Both the position numbers and the translations under genes were made by a program. A model generated the notes under the pieces. It saw only the letters and a program-made list of their open reading frames with translations. It was not told the DNA's origin and ran no database searches. Positions 41,334 through 50,799 of a stretch of 64,000 bases of DNA are shown here, in pieces. The stretch spans positions 193 to 64,192 of the forward strand of contig JAOAIT010000065.1 in NCBI GenBank assembly GCA_026414565.1, read 5' to 3'. This DNA comes from Verrucomicrobiia bacterium (GTDB lineage Bacteria > Verrucomicrobiota > Verrucomicrobiia > Limisphaerales > Fontisphaeraceae). Every line of letters begins with the position of its first letter. Position 1 is the first letter of the stretch.

Positions 41334-44234
41334 TTACCGGGCGGCGGCCCGCAAAGTCAGCGCGAGTTTTTGCACGTAAAACTCATCCGCCCGGCACCAG
41401 GGCAAATCCACCATGCTCCGCAAGCGCTCCGCTGGTTCGCCCAGGATCAGCGCCCGCGCGGCAAAGATTTCCATGGGCGTGGTGGGAAGCTGGGTGGGCG
41501 ATTCGTTGCGCCATAATTGTTCCACGTTCCACGCCAGCCACCACCCGGGCCGATGATAGTCCACATAGGTGGCCATCAGTTGCCGTTCCACGGGCAGGGC
41601 GTACGCCGCCAGCAAGCGCGCCACCTCCGGCGTCAACCGCCGCCAGCGGGCCACAACCGAGCGCCCGTTGGGCAGCGTCCGAATGACCCCGCCCCGCGTA
41701 TGGGCCAGGGCAAAGACCAGCCGGGCGCGCATCGCCTGACGGGTCAGGGGCAGGGCTTCGTCCACCGCCGCCTGATCGCCCGCAGCCCGGGCCAGACGGC
41801 AATAGGCCATCAACCCGGCCAGGCGCGCGTTGCCGAAGTCGTCGTCGGGGCGGGCCGGCGGCGTGCGCAGCCGCTCGCGCAATTGGGGCCAATGTTTTTC
41901 CAGCCAGCCGATGGCGGCGGGGGTGCGCGTCCACAACCAGAGCGGGTAAAGCCGGGCCAGATCGTCGCGCACCGGGTCTTCCAACACCTGCATGAGCTTG
42001 AGCGGCACGTCGTAGTGCACTCGCGGCTGCCCGGCTTGGGACGCGTAGGTGCGCGGCAGGCCGCCTTCAAGCAGCGCGGCGGCCCGGGCATCGGCCTGCC
42101 GTTGCAATTCCTCGTCGAGAAACGGGCGCGCCAGCAGGAGCGTCAACAACGTTTCACTCGGATCGTGGAAAAATCGGTAGGCCTCCTCCGGCGCTTTGCC
42201 GGCTGGAATGACCAGTGGTTGCCAGGGCTGGCTCAACAATTCGCGCACCTGGCACCGCAGGCTTTCGCGCAGCGCCGTTTGTCCCTCGGGCACGCTGGCG
42301 GGTGCCGCCGGGTCAAAAGCCGGTTGCCATATAAACTCATCCAGCTCGCGGTCGGCTATGGCCGCCACGGTTCGCTCCGCCTCTGCCACCAGCGGAGCAG
42401 CGGCCGTGCCGGGCACCCGGCCCGGCAGGGCCTCCAACACGTTGGTCAGGCGCGGCGTGGCCAGGGTGTCCCAATCCCATGGCAGGGCTTGGAGCCGCTG
42501 CCATTCCTCGTCGCTCAACTTCGGCGCGGGCAGCGTGGTTTTCTTGGGCGGCGGCGCGCCCGGGGCGGAGCGATAAGCCACCAGCGCGCAACCGGAATTC
42601 AATTCGTGAGTGGGCAGGTAATAGAAGCGGCCGCCCGCAATGGCCACCGGCACATCCAGCACCGAGCCGCCGCCGTACACCGCGGTGCCGCGGATAAGCC
42701 ACTCCGCCCCGGCGGGCAGCTCCTGCCCGCGCCACGCGGCCACACTCAAGGCGAGTGCCTCGCCTTTGGCGGGCTCATGGATGTTGAGTGCCAATGGTTG
42801 CTCATATCCCTTCAATGTAAGCAGGTCCAGCGCGTTGACGTTGTCCTGATGGGTATTAATCAGCAGCCGCCCGGCAAAGCTCAACTGGCTTTGCTCATCA
42901 TGCACCAGCAGCAGACTGTCATGCCAGCCATACGTGCGGGTCTCATCCATCAGGGGAGTGATGTGGCCGTTGGTGGTGTTGAGATAGCCCACGTTGAGAA
43001 AGGGCGAATAATGCTCATAACGGCTGCGCAACAATGCCTGATACTTGACGATGACCCGACCCTCCGGCGTCACCAGCGGCGGCGCCCCGGGTCCGTTCAT
43101 GCTTTCCGAGGCCACAATCGGCGCCACAAAGCGCGGCCGGCCGCTGGCCGGGTCCAGCACAAAGAAAGTCTGATACGCTGGCTCCTCGGTGAGACGGCGG
43201 CGCAGATAATCCAACTGCGCCAGGTAGGTCTCCGGCTTTTCCATTAGCCGAAAGTTCTCCGCGCGCAACCGGTCACTCTCCTCTTTCTTGTGCCGCCAAC
43301 TGGCAAAATCCCCAAAAACGGCCTTCACCATCTCCAACAGCAGGTTCTGCATCCGGTCATAGCCGATCACCGGCTGCGTCGTCACCATCACCGCCCCATC
43401 CGGCGCGATCACCGGATGGTAACCACGCATTGAGGCCCCGGGCAGTTGGGGACTGCGCCACAACTCGCGGCCGTCCGCAAGCGCCAGGGCGTGCACCCGC
43501 AGAGCCTCGCTGCCGATATACACCCGGCCCATGCGCGCATCAATGGCCGGACTGTTCAACAGCGGCGCGCCGGTGTCGGCTTTCCAGCGCAGTTGGCCTG
43601 TAGCCGCGTCCAGCGCGTACAAAAAACCGTCACGGCTCCCAATAAAAACCACGCCGCCATGAATCGCCGGCGCATTCCACACCGCCGCGCCGGTTTGGAA
43701 AGACCAGGCCGGCTTTCCGCTGGCAGCCTCCAAGGCATAGACCCGGCCATCGGCACTGCCAAAGAAGACCCTGCCTTCTCCCAACGCCGCCGCATGCAAG
43801 ATGGGCCCGCCAGCCTTGAACGTCCAGACATCCCGCCCCGTGTCAGCGTCCAGGGCATGCAACACCCCCGCCATGGTCCCGAGGTACACCCGGCTGCCCG
43901 CAATGACGGGCTGAATGCCGCTTTGCAACCCCTCATCAGGGAACAAGCGGTACCATTGCCGCGTGCATGGTGGGCGCAGCTCCTCCGGCGTGCCGCCGGA
44001 GCGCGCCGCATCATGGCCAAGCATGGGCCAATCCCCTGCCCACACGCGGCCGGACGAAAGCAGAGCAGAAAGCAAAACCAGGCCAATGAGCAGCCCAAAA
44101 CCGGCTAAACGTTCTGCGCCTGAGCATTGAGGACTGATTTTGGTCGAAAGGACAGACGACGCATTACCCACGCCAGGCATCCCCCGGGGCAACAGGATCA
44201 GTGCATTCATGTGAATACCTGATTGAATCTCCAA
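41334..44234 (-). CDS. Secreted PQQ-like beta-propeller repeat protein with a large uncharacterized helical C-terminal region
   Basis: 966 aa with a signal anchor (FGLLIGLVLLSALLSSGRVWA). Contains repeated G-x-[VL]-[YH]-A-L-D-A-x-[TS]-G-x-x-x-W units (VLHALDADTGRDVW, RVYALEAASGKPAW, FLYALDAATGQLRW, RVHALALADGRELW). Confidence 0.7.
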   Translation of the reverse strand: MEIQSGIHMNALILLPRGMPGVGNASSVLSTKISPQCSGAERLAGFGLLIGLVLLSALLSSGRVWAGDWPMLGHDAARSGGTPEELRPPCTRQWYRLFPDEGLQSGIQPVIAGSRVYLGTMAGVLHALDADTGRDVWTFKAGGPILHAAALGEGRVFFGSADGRVYALEAASGKPAWSFQTGAAVWNAPAIHGGVVFIGSRDGFLYALDAATGQLRWKADTGAPLLNSPAIDARMGRVYIGSEALRVHALALADGRELWRSPQLPGASMRGYHPVIAPDGAVMVTTQPVIGYDRMQNLLLEMVKAVFGDFASWRHKKEESDRLRAENFRLMEKPETYLAQLDYLRRRLTEEPAYQTFFVLDPASGRPRFVAPIVASESMNGPGAPPLVTPEGRVIVKYQALLRSRYEHYSPFLNVGYLNTTNGHITPLMDETRTYGWHDSLLLVHDEQSQLSFAGRLLINTHQDNVNALDLLTLKGYEQPLALNIHEPAKGEALALSVAAWRGQELPAGAEWLIRGTAVYGGGSVLDVPVAIAGGRFYYLPTHELNSGCALVAYRSAPGAPPPKKTTLPAPKLSDEEWQRLQALPWDWDTLATPRLTNVLEALPGRVPGTAAAPLVAEAERTVAAIADRELDEFIWQPAFDPAAPASVPEGQTALRESLRCQVRELLSQPWQPLVIPAGKAPEEAYRFFHDPSETLLTLLLARPFLDEELQRQADARAAALLEGGLPRTYASQAGQPRVHYDVPLKLMQVLEDPVRDDLARLYPLWLWTRTPAAIGWLEKHWPQLRERLRTPPARPDDDFGNARLAGLMAYCRLARAAGDQAAVDEALPLTRQAMRARLVFALAHTRGGVIRTLPNGRSVVARWRRLTPEVARLLAAYALPVERQLMATYVDYHRPGWWLAWNVEQLWRNESPTQLPTTPMEIFAARALILGEPAERLRSMVDLPWCRADEFYVQKLALTLRAAAR

Positions 44235-44854
44235 TACCAGAATGTTTCAAGCACATCTTGATCTCCTTCACGCCGCGATTGGCTCGCATGCACGCCCCGG
44301 ACGACAGCGCCCGACCTGCTTGACTCACTTTGCTCACACATAAGGGAAGCGGTGCAAAATCCGCACGAAACCAGCCCCCCGCAGCCGGGCCCGGTGGAGG
44401 CATCACGCGCCCAATCTGGAGCAAGCGCCTTTCCTTGCCCGGGCAAGGCGGCGTGGTGGTCTCATGCCAGGCGCAGCACCGCGTCACCGCCGATCCACGG
44501 CGAGATGAAACCTTGCACCGCGCCACCCGCCATCTTACCAACACGCGCCGACCCGCCGTCCTGCGGGCGATACCAGTACACGGCAAACCTCCCGCGCGCG
44601 CTCCGCAAGTCCAGACTTAGCCGCGCCGGACGGTCACAAACCGTCCGGGCGTCCACTCGCGCGCAGATAGACTTTGATGCACGCAAAAACGCCGGGGGAC
44701 TGGTCGTGGCGGCAGGCCCGGGACGATCGGCAGAACGGACTGAGGCCGGGGCGCACAGCAGGACGCAACGCGGGGCTGGCGGCCATGGAGGTGCTCGCGC
44801 AGCTTGGGTTCGCATCAGGAGATGCCAACAGGCCGGAATCAAGACCGCCGGATG

Positions 44855-46099
44855 TCAACGGACGCCAAAAACCTCCCGCACGGCTTCGAGATACTTATAG
44901 CCGTTCACGGTGTCCGGTTCGAGGTAACTCCCCTCTGTCCATTCGTTCCAGCAATTGATTGTGAGGACACGCGGCCCGTTCGGCTGCGCCAGCAACCGGC
45001 GTTGGGCCATCCGGAGGGCTTCCCGGAATCGCTCGGGGGTGTTGTTTTGAATCGTGTGGGTGAACGGATACCCCGAGTTGTCGAAGGCATCCGCCGGATC
45101 GCAGCGCGGACTCGGATCCCAGCCCATGGTGATGTTGGGGAAATACGGCACACCGAAACCTTTTTCAGCGCGATCCCAATATGCAAAGTAGGCGTCCCGG
45201 GCAACGTTGTAATCTGTTGCCTGCTCCGGGAGCTGCACATGATGAGCCCAAACGTAGGAAGTGACTGAATCAAAGCCCAGGTCGCGCACCAGGCGAAACT
45301 GATTCAACGGCGTCTTTTCGCCCGGGAGGATCGGCTCTCCCCAAGCCACCGCGTTCAGATGAAGCCCGGCCAGGCCGGCAGCCCTGGCCTTGGCCCGAAA
45401 CCGGTCCAGAGTCGCCCGTGTCGCCTCCACGGTGCCGAAATTCTCGAGCAGCTTGCTGAGCTCGTAAAAGGAAAAATAAGGCTTCCCGTCAATGCGCCAG
45501 TAGGAGGGATGCGCGAAGTAATCCCGGATCAAGTGATCACAAATTTTCTCAAAGGCGTCGGGGCTGACCCTGCCGCCATACAGCACCTCGTAGGGCTTTC
45601 CCTTCTTGTAGGGAAACAGATTCTTCAGCCAATCGTGGTTTGCCCACATGAGCGCGAACTGGATGCGGCTGTTGTTGGTCGCCTTGAGAAATCCCTCGTT
45701 GATCGGCCGGTCCAGGAAGGGGCCGTCCTCATAATGGTACCAGTCGAAAATGAATACCTGGATACCATGGTCGGCCGCGGCAGCTATCTTCTGCGCCATG
45801 ACACGAGGATCGGATTCGTCCTGATAGCCCCATAGCGGCACTTTGGGTTGCGGGTGGCCGGGAAAACGCGGCTTGGCGGCCTTGACCAGCTCCCATTCAC
45901 TCCACTCCCTGCCCCGCAGCTTCAGATTGCGCGGGTCATTGGGATGGTATTGGCCAAAATAATAACATGCCACCGTGATGTTGGTGGCAGCTTGCGGAGC
46001 CGGTTTGTCCGCAGCCGAAGAGGCACCCGGCAGCAGCGCCAGGAGTGACAGCCAGCGGATAAATCGCAGAACATGGTTGTATATGGCTTTCATAATCAA
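44855..46099 (-). CDS. Secreted WbsX-like / GH99-like domain protein
   Basis: 414 aa with a signal peptide (WLSLLALLPGASSA). CYYFGQYHPN, FIFDWYHY, MWANHDW and CWNEWTEGSYLEPD resemble the Glyco_tran_WbsX / GH99-like family as I recall it. Confidence 0.55.
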   Translation of the reverse strand: MIMKAIYNHVLRFIRWLSLLALLPGASSAADKPAPQAATNITVACYYFGQYHPNDPRNLKLRGREWSEWELVKAAKPRFPGHPQPKVPLWGYQDESDPRVMAQKIAAAADHGIQVFIFDWYHYEDGPFLDRPINEGFLKATNNSRIQFALMWANHDWLKNLFPYKKGKPYEVLYGGRVSPDAFEKICDHLIRDYFAHPSYWRIDGKPYFSFYELSKLLENFGTVEATRATLDRFRAKARAAGLAGLHLNAVAWGEPILPGEKTPLNQFRLVRDLGFDSVTSYVWAHHVQLPEQATDYNVARDAYFAYWDRAEKGFGVPYFPNITMGWDPSPRCDPADAFDNSGYPFTHTIQNNTPERFREALRMAQRRLLAQPNGPRVLTINCWNEWTEGSYLEPDTVNGYKYLEAVREVFGVR

Positions 46100-46419
46100 C
46101 TATTTTTGTCAGCCAAAATGCTCATGCCCCCTTGGTGCAAGTCACCCCAGGCGGGTTCAAGTCTGGCGTGATTAGGAATCCAGCATCCGCCCCCCTGGAA
46201 ATCCCCTGAGCCAGCGCCCGTGAGACCGCCGTATTCTGGCCAGTTCCAGCCCGCGAACTGGGCCTTGGCGCGGGCCAGGTCATCGCCGCCAGACTCGTTG
46301 AACGGTTGGTCGGCTCTGACGTTAACAAGGCCGGCCGTAGCCGAGATCACCGGGAGGACCACCAACAGCCACGCGGTCAACAAGCCGCACGGCACAAGTC
46401 TGGTGGAGGTGGGGTGCAT
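46096..46419 (-). CDS. Small secreted hypothetical protein
   Basis: 107 aa with signal/anchor CGLLTAWLLVVLPVISATA. Its stop overlaps the start of the WbsX-like gene by 4 nt. No recognisable domain. Confidence 0.4.
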   Translation of the reverse strand: MHPTSTRLVPCGLLTAWLLVVLPVISATAGLVNVRADQPFNESGGDDLARAKAQFAGWNWPEYGGLTGAGSGDFQGGGCWIPNHARLEPAWGDLHQGGMSILADKNS

Positions 46420-46593
46420 GGTTGTTTTCGGAAATTCGCTGTTTCAACTTGCAGCAGGAGATTCAACAATCCGGCGAGGGGGTGGACAACCCATAAGTCA
46501 AACCGTCCAAAGCTCCCCTCGCATCTGCACGCTTGCTAAGTTACCAACCTCTTCCGGTCATAAGCAAATACCCAGGTTGTAAAAGCACGCCAG

Positions 46594-49115
46594 CTATTTG
46601 CGCACCGCCATCGCCACGCCGAACCCGTTGGACGCGAGGTAAAGACGACCATATTCCCGGCCATCCGCCACCATGTCGTTGACCTGGCCGGTGAACGGGC
46701 AGCGGCCGGGCGCCGTCATGGCTTCCCAAGTGGCGCCGAGATCGTGGCTGGCAAAGACACCGTCCTGCTCCTGACCGCCCAGCCTCAGAGTGCCGGCGAC
46801 GTAGAGGGTCGGCAACTGGGTGCCCGGCTTGGGCAGGCCCGCCGCCATGGCATAGGCGTTGAGCACAACGCCCGCCGCGACACGTTGGAAACTGCGACCG
46901 CCATCAAGACTGCGGTGGATGCCATTGGGGCCGGCGCTTACCCACAACTCGCCCTGGCCACTCACCGGGTTTTTGAACGGCACCAGAAAAGCGTGTCGGG
47001 CCTCCTGACCGCCGAATGGAGCATTACCGGCGGGCAAAGACCAGGAAGCGCCGCCATCTTCGCTCACCCAAACCTCATGACGCTTTTCCGGGTTCTTACG
47101 CATGAGGTAGAAGCGCTTGCCGTTCACCCGGTCCGCCTCCAAGCGCACAGCATGGAAGGTATAGGGTTGAGGTCATCCAGTTTCCAAGGGATGCCGGTGC
47201 CCGGCTGCCAGGAGCAGTTTGCGGACCAGGCGTTGGTCGTATAGTGCGGACGGCGCAGAAACCCGACCACCACCATGTGATTCGGATCGGTGGCGGAAAT
47301 CGCCACCTTGCCGGGTCCCATGCTCTGCGGATGTGCGCTGCCTTCTGGTGGCGGCAGGGTGCGCGTCACATAAGTCAGGCCGTTGTCCCGGCTCAGAAAC
47401 AGCCTGGGCCAGGCGGAGCTGTAACCGCCTTGGGTGGCCCGCAGCACCACAATGCGCTGCGGATCCGACGGGGCCGCCTCAATGTCGCAGATTACCGCAT
47501 CACGGTTGCGGGGCTCGCCCTCGGGCAGGTAATCAACCAGTTGCCGCCTGGGCGACACCAGCGGATCCGTGAAGCGCATCCCATTCACATCCGCCATGGC
47601 GACAAACAGGCGCGCCTCGCCCGTCGGCGGCGAGCACAAAGCCCAAGGCACTGTGGTCTCGTAGCCCCGCACGACGGCCTCGAACCGCACGGTTGGCGCA
47701 TGACGATCTTCGCAACGCATAATGCTGAAGGCGTCGCCGCACCACAGCCGCTTCGGTTGGAAGGGATCAAACGCCAGCTTCCCATGGGCGGGTTGAAGAA
47801 ATGTCGTGTCCAGCCAGTTGGTCGCCCGCGCCTCCAGGCCCAGCGCCCGTTTGGGATTGTCATACAACTTCCACTCGCCGGTGCGCCAGGTGGCGCCACC
47901 GTCCTCGCTCTGCCACAGCTTGTTGTCCCCGGCAGCCACGATCCGGCGGCGATCCGCCGGATGACTGTCCACACTGCCAAAACTCTTGCCGGCGGTCCCG
48001 GGCAGGACTCTCCAGACCGTGCCATTGAAGGCAAACAAACCATTCTCGCCCGCCACATAGCAGGTGCCCGCCTGCGGACCCGGCGCAAGCTGGCGGCAGG
48101 AAGTGGGCGCCTCCCCGGCCTCGAGACGGGTGAAGGTTTCACCCCCGTCCTGGCTGCGCCAGACGCCGCCCGTCACCGAGCCTTTGCTGGCGACGCCGAG
48201 AAACACCAGCCGGCTGCGCGGCGGGGTGCCCACGGTGCCGCCCCGCGAATCCACCCACACCACTCGCACGCCAGTGGGTTCCCAATCGTTCTTGGAAAAG
48301 CCCGTGGGGGCGTTGGTTAGTTTGGTAAAAACGGGTTTGGCAGCGCGGGCATTGAGGCTGCGGTACACGCCATCAATCAGGGTGGCGACGTAGAGAACGT
48401 CCGGATTGGCGGGATCCACCGCCAAGGCCTCGCCTTGGCGGCGTTCCGCCAGATTGCCGCCGAAGCTCAAAATCGGCACGCCCCACTGGCCCTGGCGCCG
48501 CGCCCCGTCCCATATTCGCGTCCAAGTGGCCCCATAGTCAAAAGAGCGGTACAGCGCGTTGCCCTCCGGGTTTTCCTGGGTGCCGTTGACGTAGGCGCCA
48601 AAGGAGGCGTAGATCGTCCCGCGTCGGCGCTCATCGCTGCCAGGGGCAGGGTCCACTGCGATGGCGTGGCAACTGCGACTGCCGAAACGGGCCGGCATCC
48701 AGTCCATAAGGCTGACCCAGCACTGTCGTTTTGCATCCCAGCGCAACACTCCGGCGGTGTCCTGACGGGCATAGATCAGGTCCGGCACCGCCGGATGGGC
48801 AAGCACCGTGCTGTTCAACCCGCCGCCTTCAATGGCTACCGAGGTCCAGATCCAGGCTGGGTCAGCTGCTGCCGCCGGCAAAACCCCGGCCAGCATGAGC
48901 AGACTGATTGCCAGGACGCTGCCAATGGTGGAAATCCGCAGTAACGGGCGGGTGGGGCAAGGGCACTCGGCCCTCGCGGACGCCGAGGATTCCATCATAG
49001 GCGCACCGGGGGCCGCCGGCACCGCCGCCAAAGCCGCCAGGCCGCGCCAATGTGTAAGAAAGGTGAAATGACTGATTAAATTCGTATTCCTGTAAGTTTT
49101 CACAGCAGACATCAC
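46594..49115 (-). pseudogene. BNR/Asp-box repeat beta-propeller protein (sialidase / GH74 / sortilin-like) split by a frameshift into 663-aa and 184-aa ORFs
   Basis: Asp-boxes occur in both parts. Upstream: SFDYGATW, SQDGGETF, SEDGGATW, SRDNGLTY. Downstream: SEDGGASW, SLDGGRSF, SHDLGATW. The two frames overlap at 47124-47172 and the downstream ORF has only a GTG start. See finding. Confidence 0.5.
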
Positions 49116-49122
49116 TCTGGCG

Positions 49123-50688
49123 TTATTTAAGCATGGTTTCCAACACCGGGTCCATAACCTCTGCCCACAGGCGATAGCCTGCGGCAGAAAGGTGTAATTT
49201 GTCCGCGGTGTAAAATTTCAGCTCCAGTTCCCGATCCGGCCGAAGTAGCCGCTCGCTGATTTCCAGGAAGACCACCCGCCGACCGTCGGCGAACTCCTTC
49301 AGCGCGGCGTTGATGGTGTCCACGCGCCGGCGCGTGCCGCCGTCACCCTTGTCGAAGAAATGCCAGTTGGAAACCAGCAGAATCTTGGCGTCGGGCGCTT
49401 TGGCCTGAATTGCCGCCACCACCGCCTTGATCCCTTTCACGGTATCGTCAGCGCCAAAGCCGGGCCAGAGGTTGTTCACCCCGACGGACAGCATCACAAC
49501 TTTCGGGTTCAGTCCGTCCAGAATCCCTTTCTCGATGCGATAGAGCAATTGTGGGGTGCCATCGCCGCCCACCCCATAATTGACCGCCCCCAGTTTGGCA
49601 TAGTGTTCTTTCCAACGCGGCTGCTCGCTCCAACCCTGAACCAATGAATCGCCAAGAAAGATAAGGGGGGCAGGACCTTCCTTGGCACGTTGGAGCTGGC
49701 CGTCAAGCACCTGCCGCCAGGCTTGGGGATAATCGGGCCAGAAACCTTCCGCCGGGTCGCAGGAGTGTCTGGGTTTGGGCGGGCCTTGCGGCTTGGGCCG
49801 TGGGACGGCCTGGGGTTTGGCGTCCGCGCCGGGATCGGTGCCGTCCAGGCTCACATCATCGAGCCAGACCACACCCGGGCCTTGCAGCATCAACACCACA
49901 GCAGCGCGGACGGCGTTGGTGGGCAATACAACTTCACCCTCGGCTTTGCGCCAATCGAAGCCGGTGAGGGCGTTGCCCACCACTTTGAAATCAATCCCCT
50001 TCCAGTCGGCGGTGAAGCTTTGCAGCGCCAGCATGGCGTTGGCACCGCCGTCGGCGCGAACCCAGCCGGAGAGTCGGAGGCGCTCGCCGCCTTGAACCGC
50101 AAAGAATTGGGACACTTGGGCTTGCGCCGCCCCCTCCACCGCTGCAAGGGCCAGCGAGGCGGGCGCGGAATGGAAGGTGGCCGTGTCACGCGAGACTTTG
50201 ATCTTGCCCTGGCTGACAAACTCGCTGGTCCAGTGCTCGGGCTTGTCCAAGCCATCAGTCATGGATGGGTTGCGGAGGGCGATCTTGGTCAGGCCGGCTG
50301 TTTTTTCGGGCACGGGTTGGTTGATCGGCGCGGGCATGGCGGGCGCGCCGGCCAGGGGCAGCGCAAGCAAGGTCCGCAGGGTGCCTCCAGCGAGCATGTC
50401 CCAGAACTTCGGCGCGAAAAGCGGACGCTCGGGCGCGTCAGGTGCCACGCGCAGGAGAATCTCCTCATCCACAGCGAAGCCGCCTTCAGCTTTGAGTCCG
50501 GCTGGCACGTAATGCGCGGCGCTGCCGATGGGCTGGTTCCAAGTGCTGGGGCTGGCGGATGGCCAGAGCCAGGGATCACGGCGCGGTGCGGCGGTGGCGC
50601 CAGACTGCGCGCACAACCCACCCACAGCCAGGGCCAGGGCCAAACCCGCAAAAAACCAGTGCAACCGTTGGCACGATTTCATTTTCAT
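49123..50688 (-). CDS. Secreted beta-sandwich (carbohydrate-binding-like) protein fused to a C-terminal SGNH/GDSL hydrolase
   Basis: The preferred start is MKMKSCQRLHWFFAGLALALAVGG (ATG 50688). SGNH blocks are IFLGDSLVQGW (I), GVGGDGT (II), MLSVGVNNL (III) and DKLHLS (V). Confidence 0.65.
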   Translation of the reverse strand: MKMKSCQRLHWFFAGLALALAVGGLCAQSGATAAPRRDPWLWPSASPSTWNQPIGSAAHYVPAGLKAEGGFAVDEEILLRVAPDAPERPLFAPKFWDMLAGGTLRTLLALPLAGAPAMPAPINQPVPEKTAGLTKIALRNPSMTDGLDKPEHWTSEFVSQGKIKVSRDTATFHSAPASLALAAVEGAAQAQVSQFFAVQGGERLRLSGWVRADGGANAMLALQSFTADWKGIDFKVVGNALTGFDWRKAEGEVVLPTNAVRAAVVLMLQGPGVVWLDDVSLDGTDPGADAKPQAVPRPKPQGPPKPRHSCDPAEGFWPDYPQAWRQVLDGQLQRAKEGPAPLIFLGDSLVQGWSEQPRWKEHYAKLGAVNYGVGGDGTPQLLYRIEKGILDGLNPKVVMLSVGVNNLWPGFGADDTVKGIKAVVAAIQAKAPDAKILLVSNWHFFDKGDGGTRRRVDTINAALKEFADGRRVVFLEISERLLRPDRELELKFYTADKLHLSAAGYRLWAEVMDPVLETMLK

Positions 50689-50799
50689 TGTGCTTGGCGC
50701 GCCCGGCAGGAAGGAAAATCGCAGCGACAATTCCCCCTTCGCATTTCTCTTGGGCAACGTCATGGCCCATTCCCGCCCACCCGCCCCACTACGCCCGCT

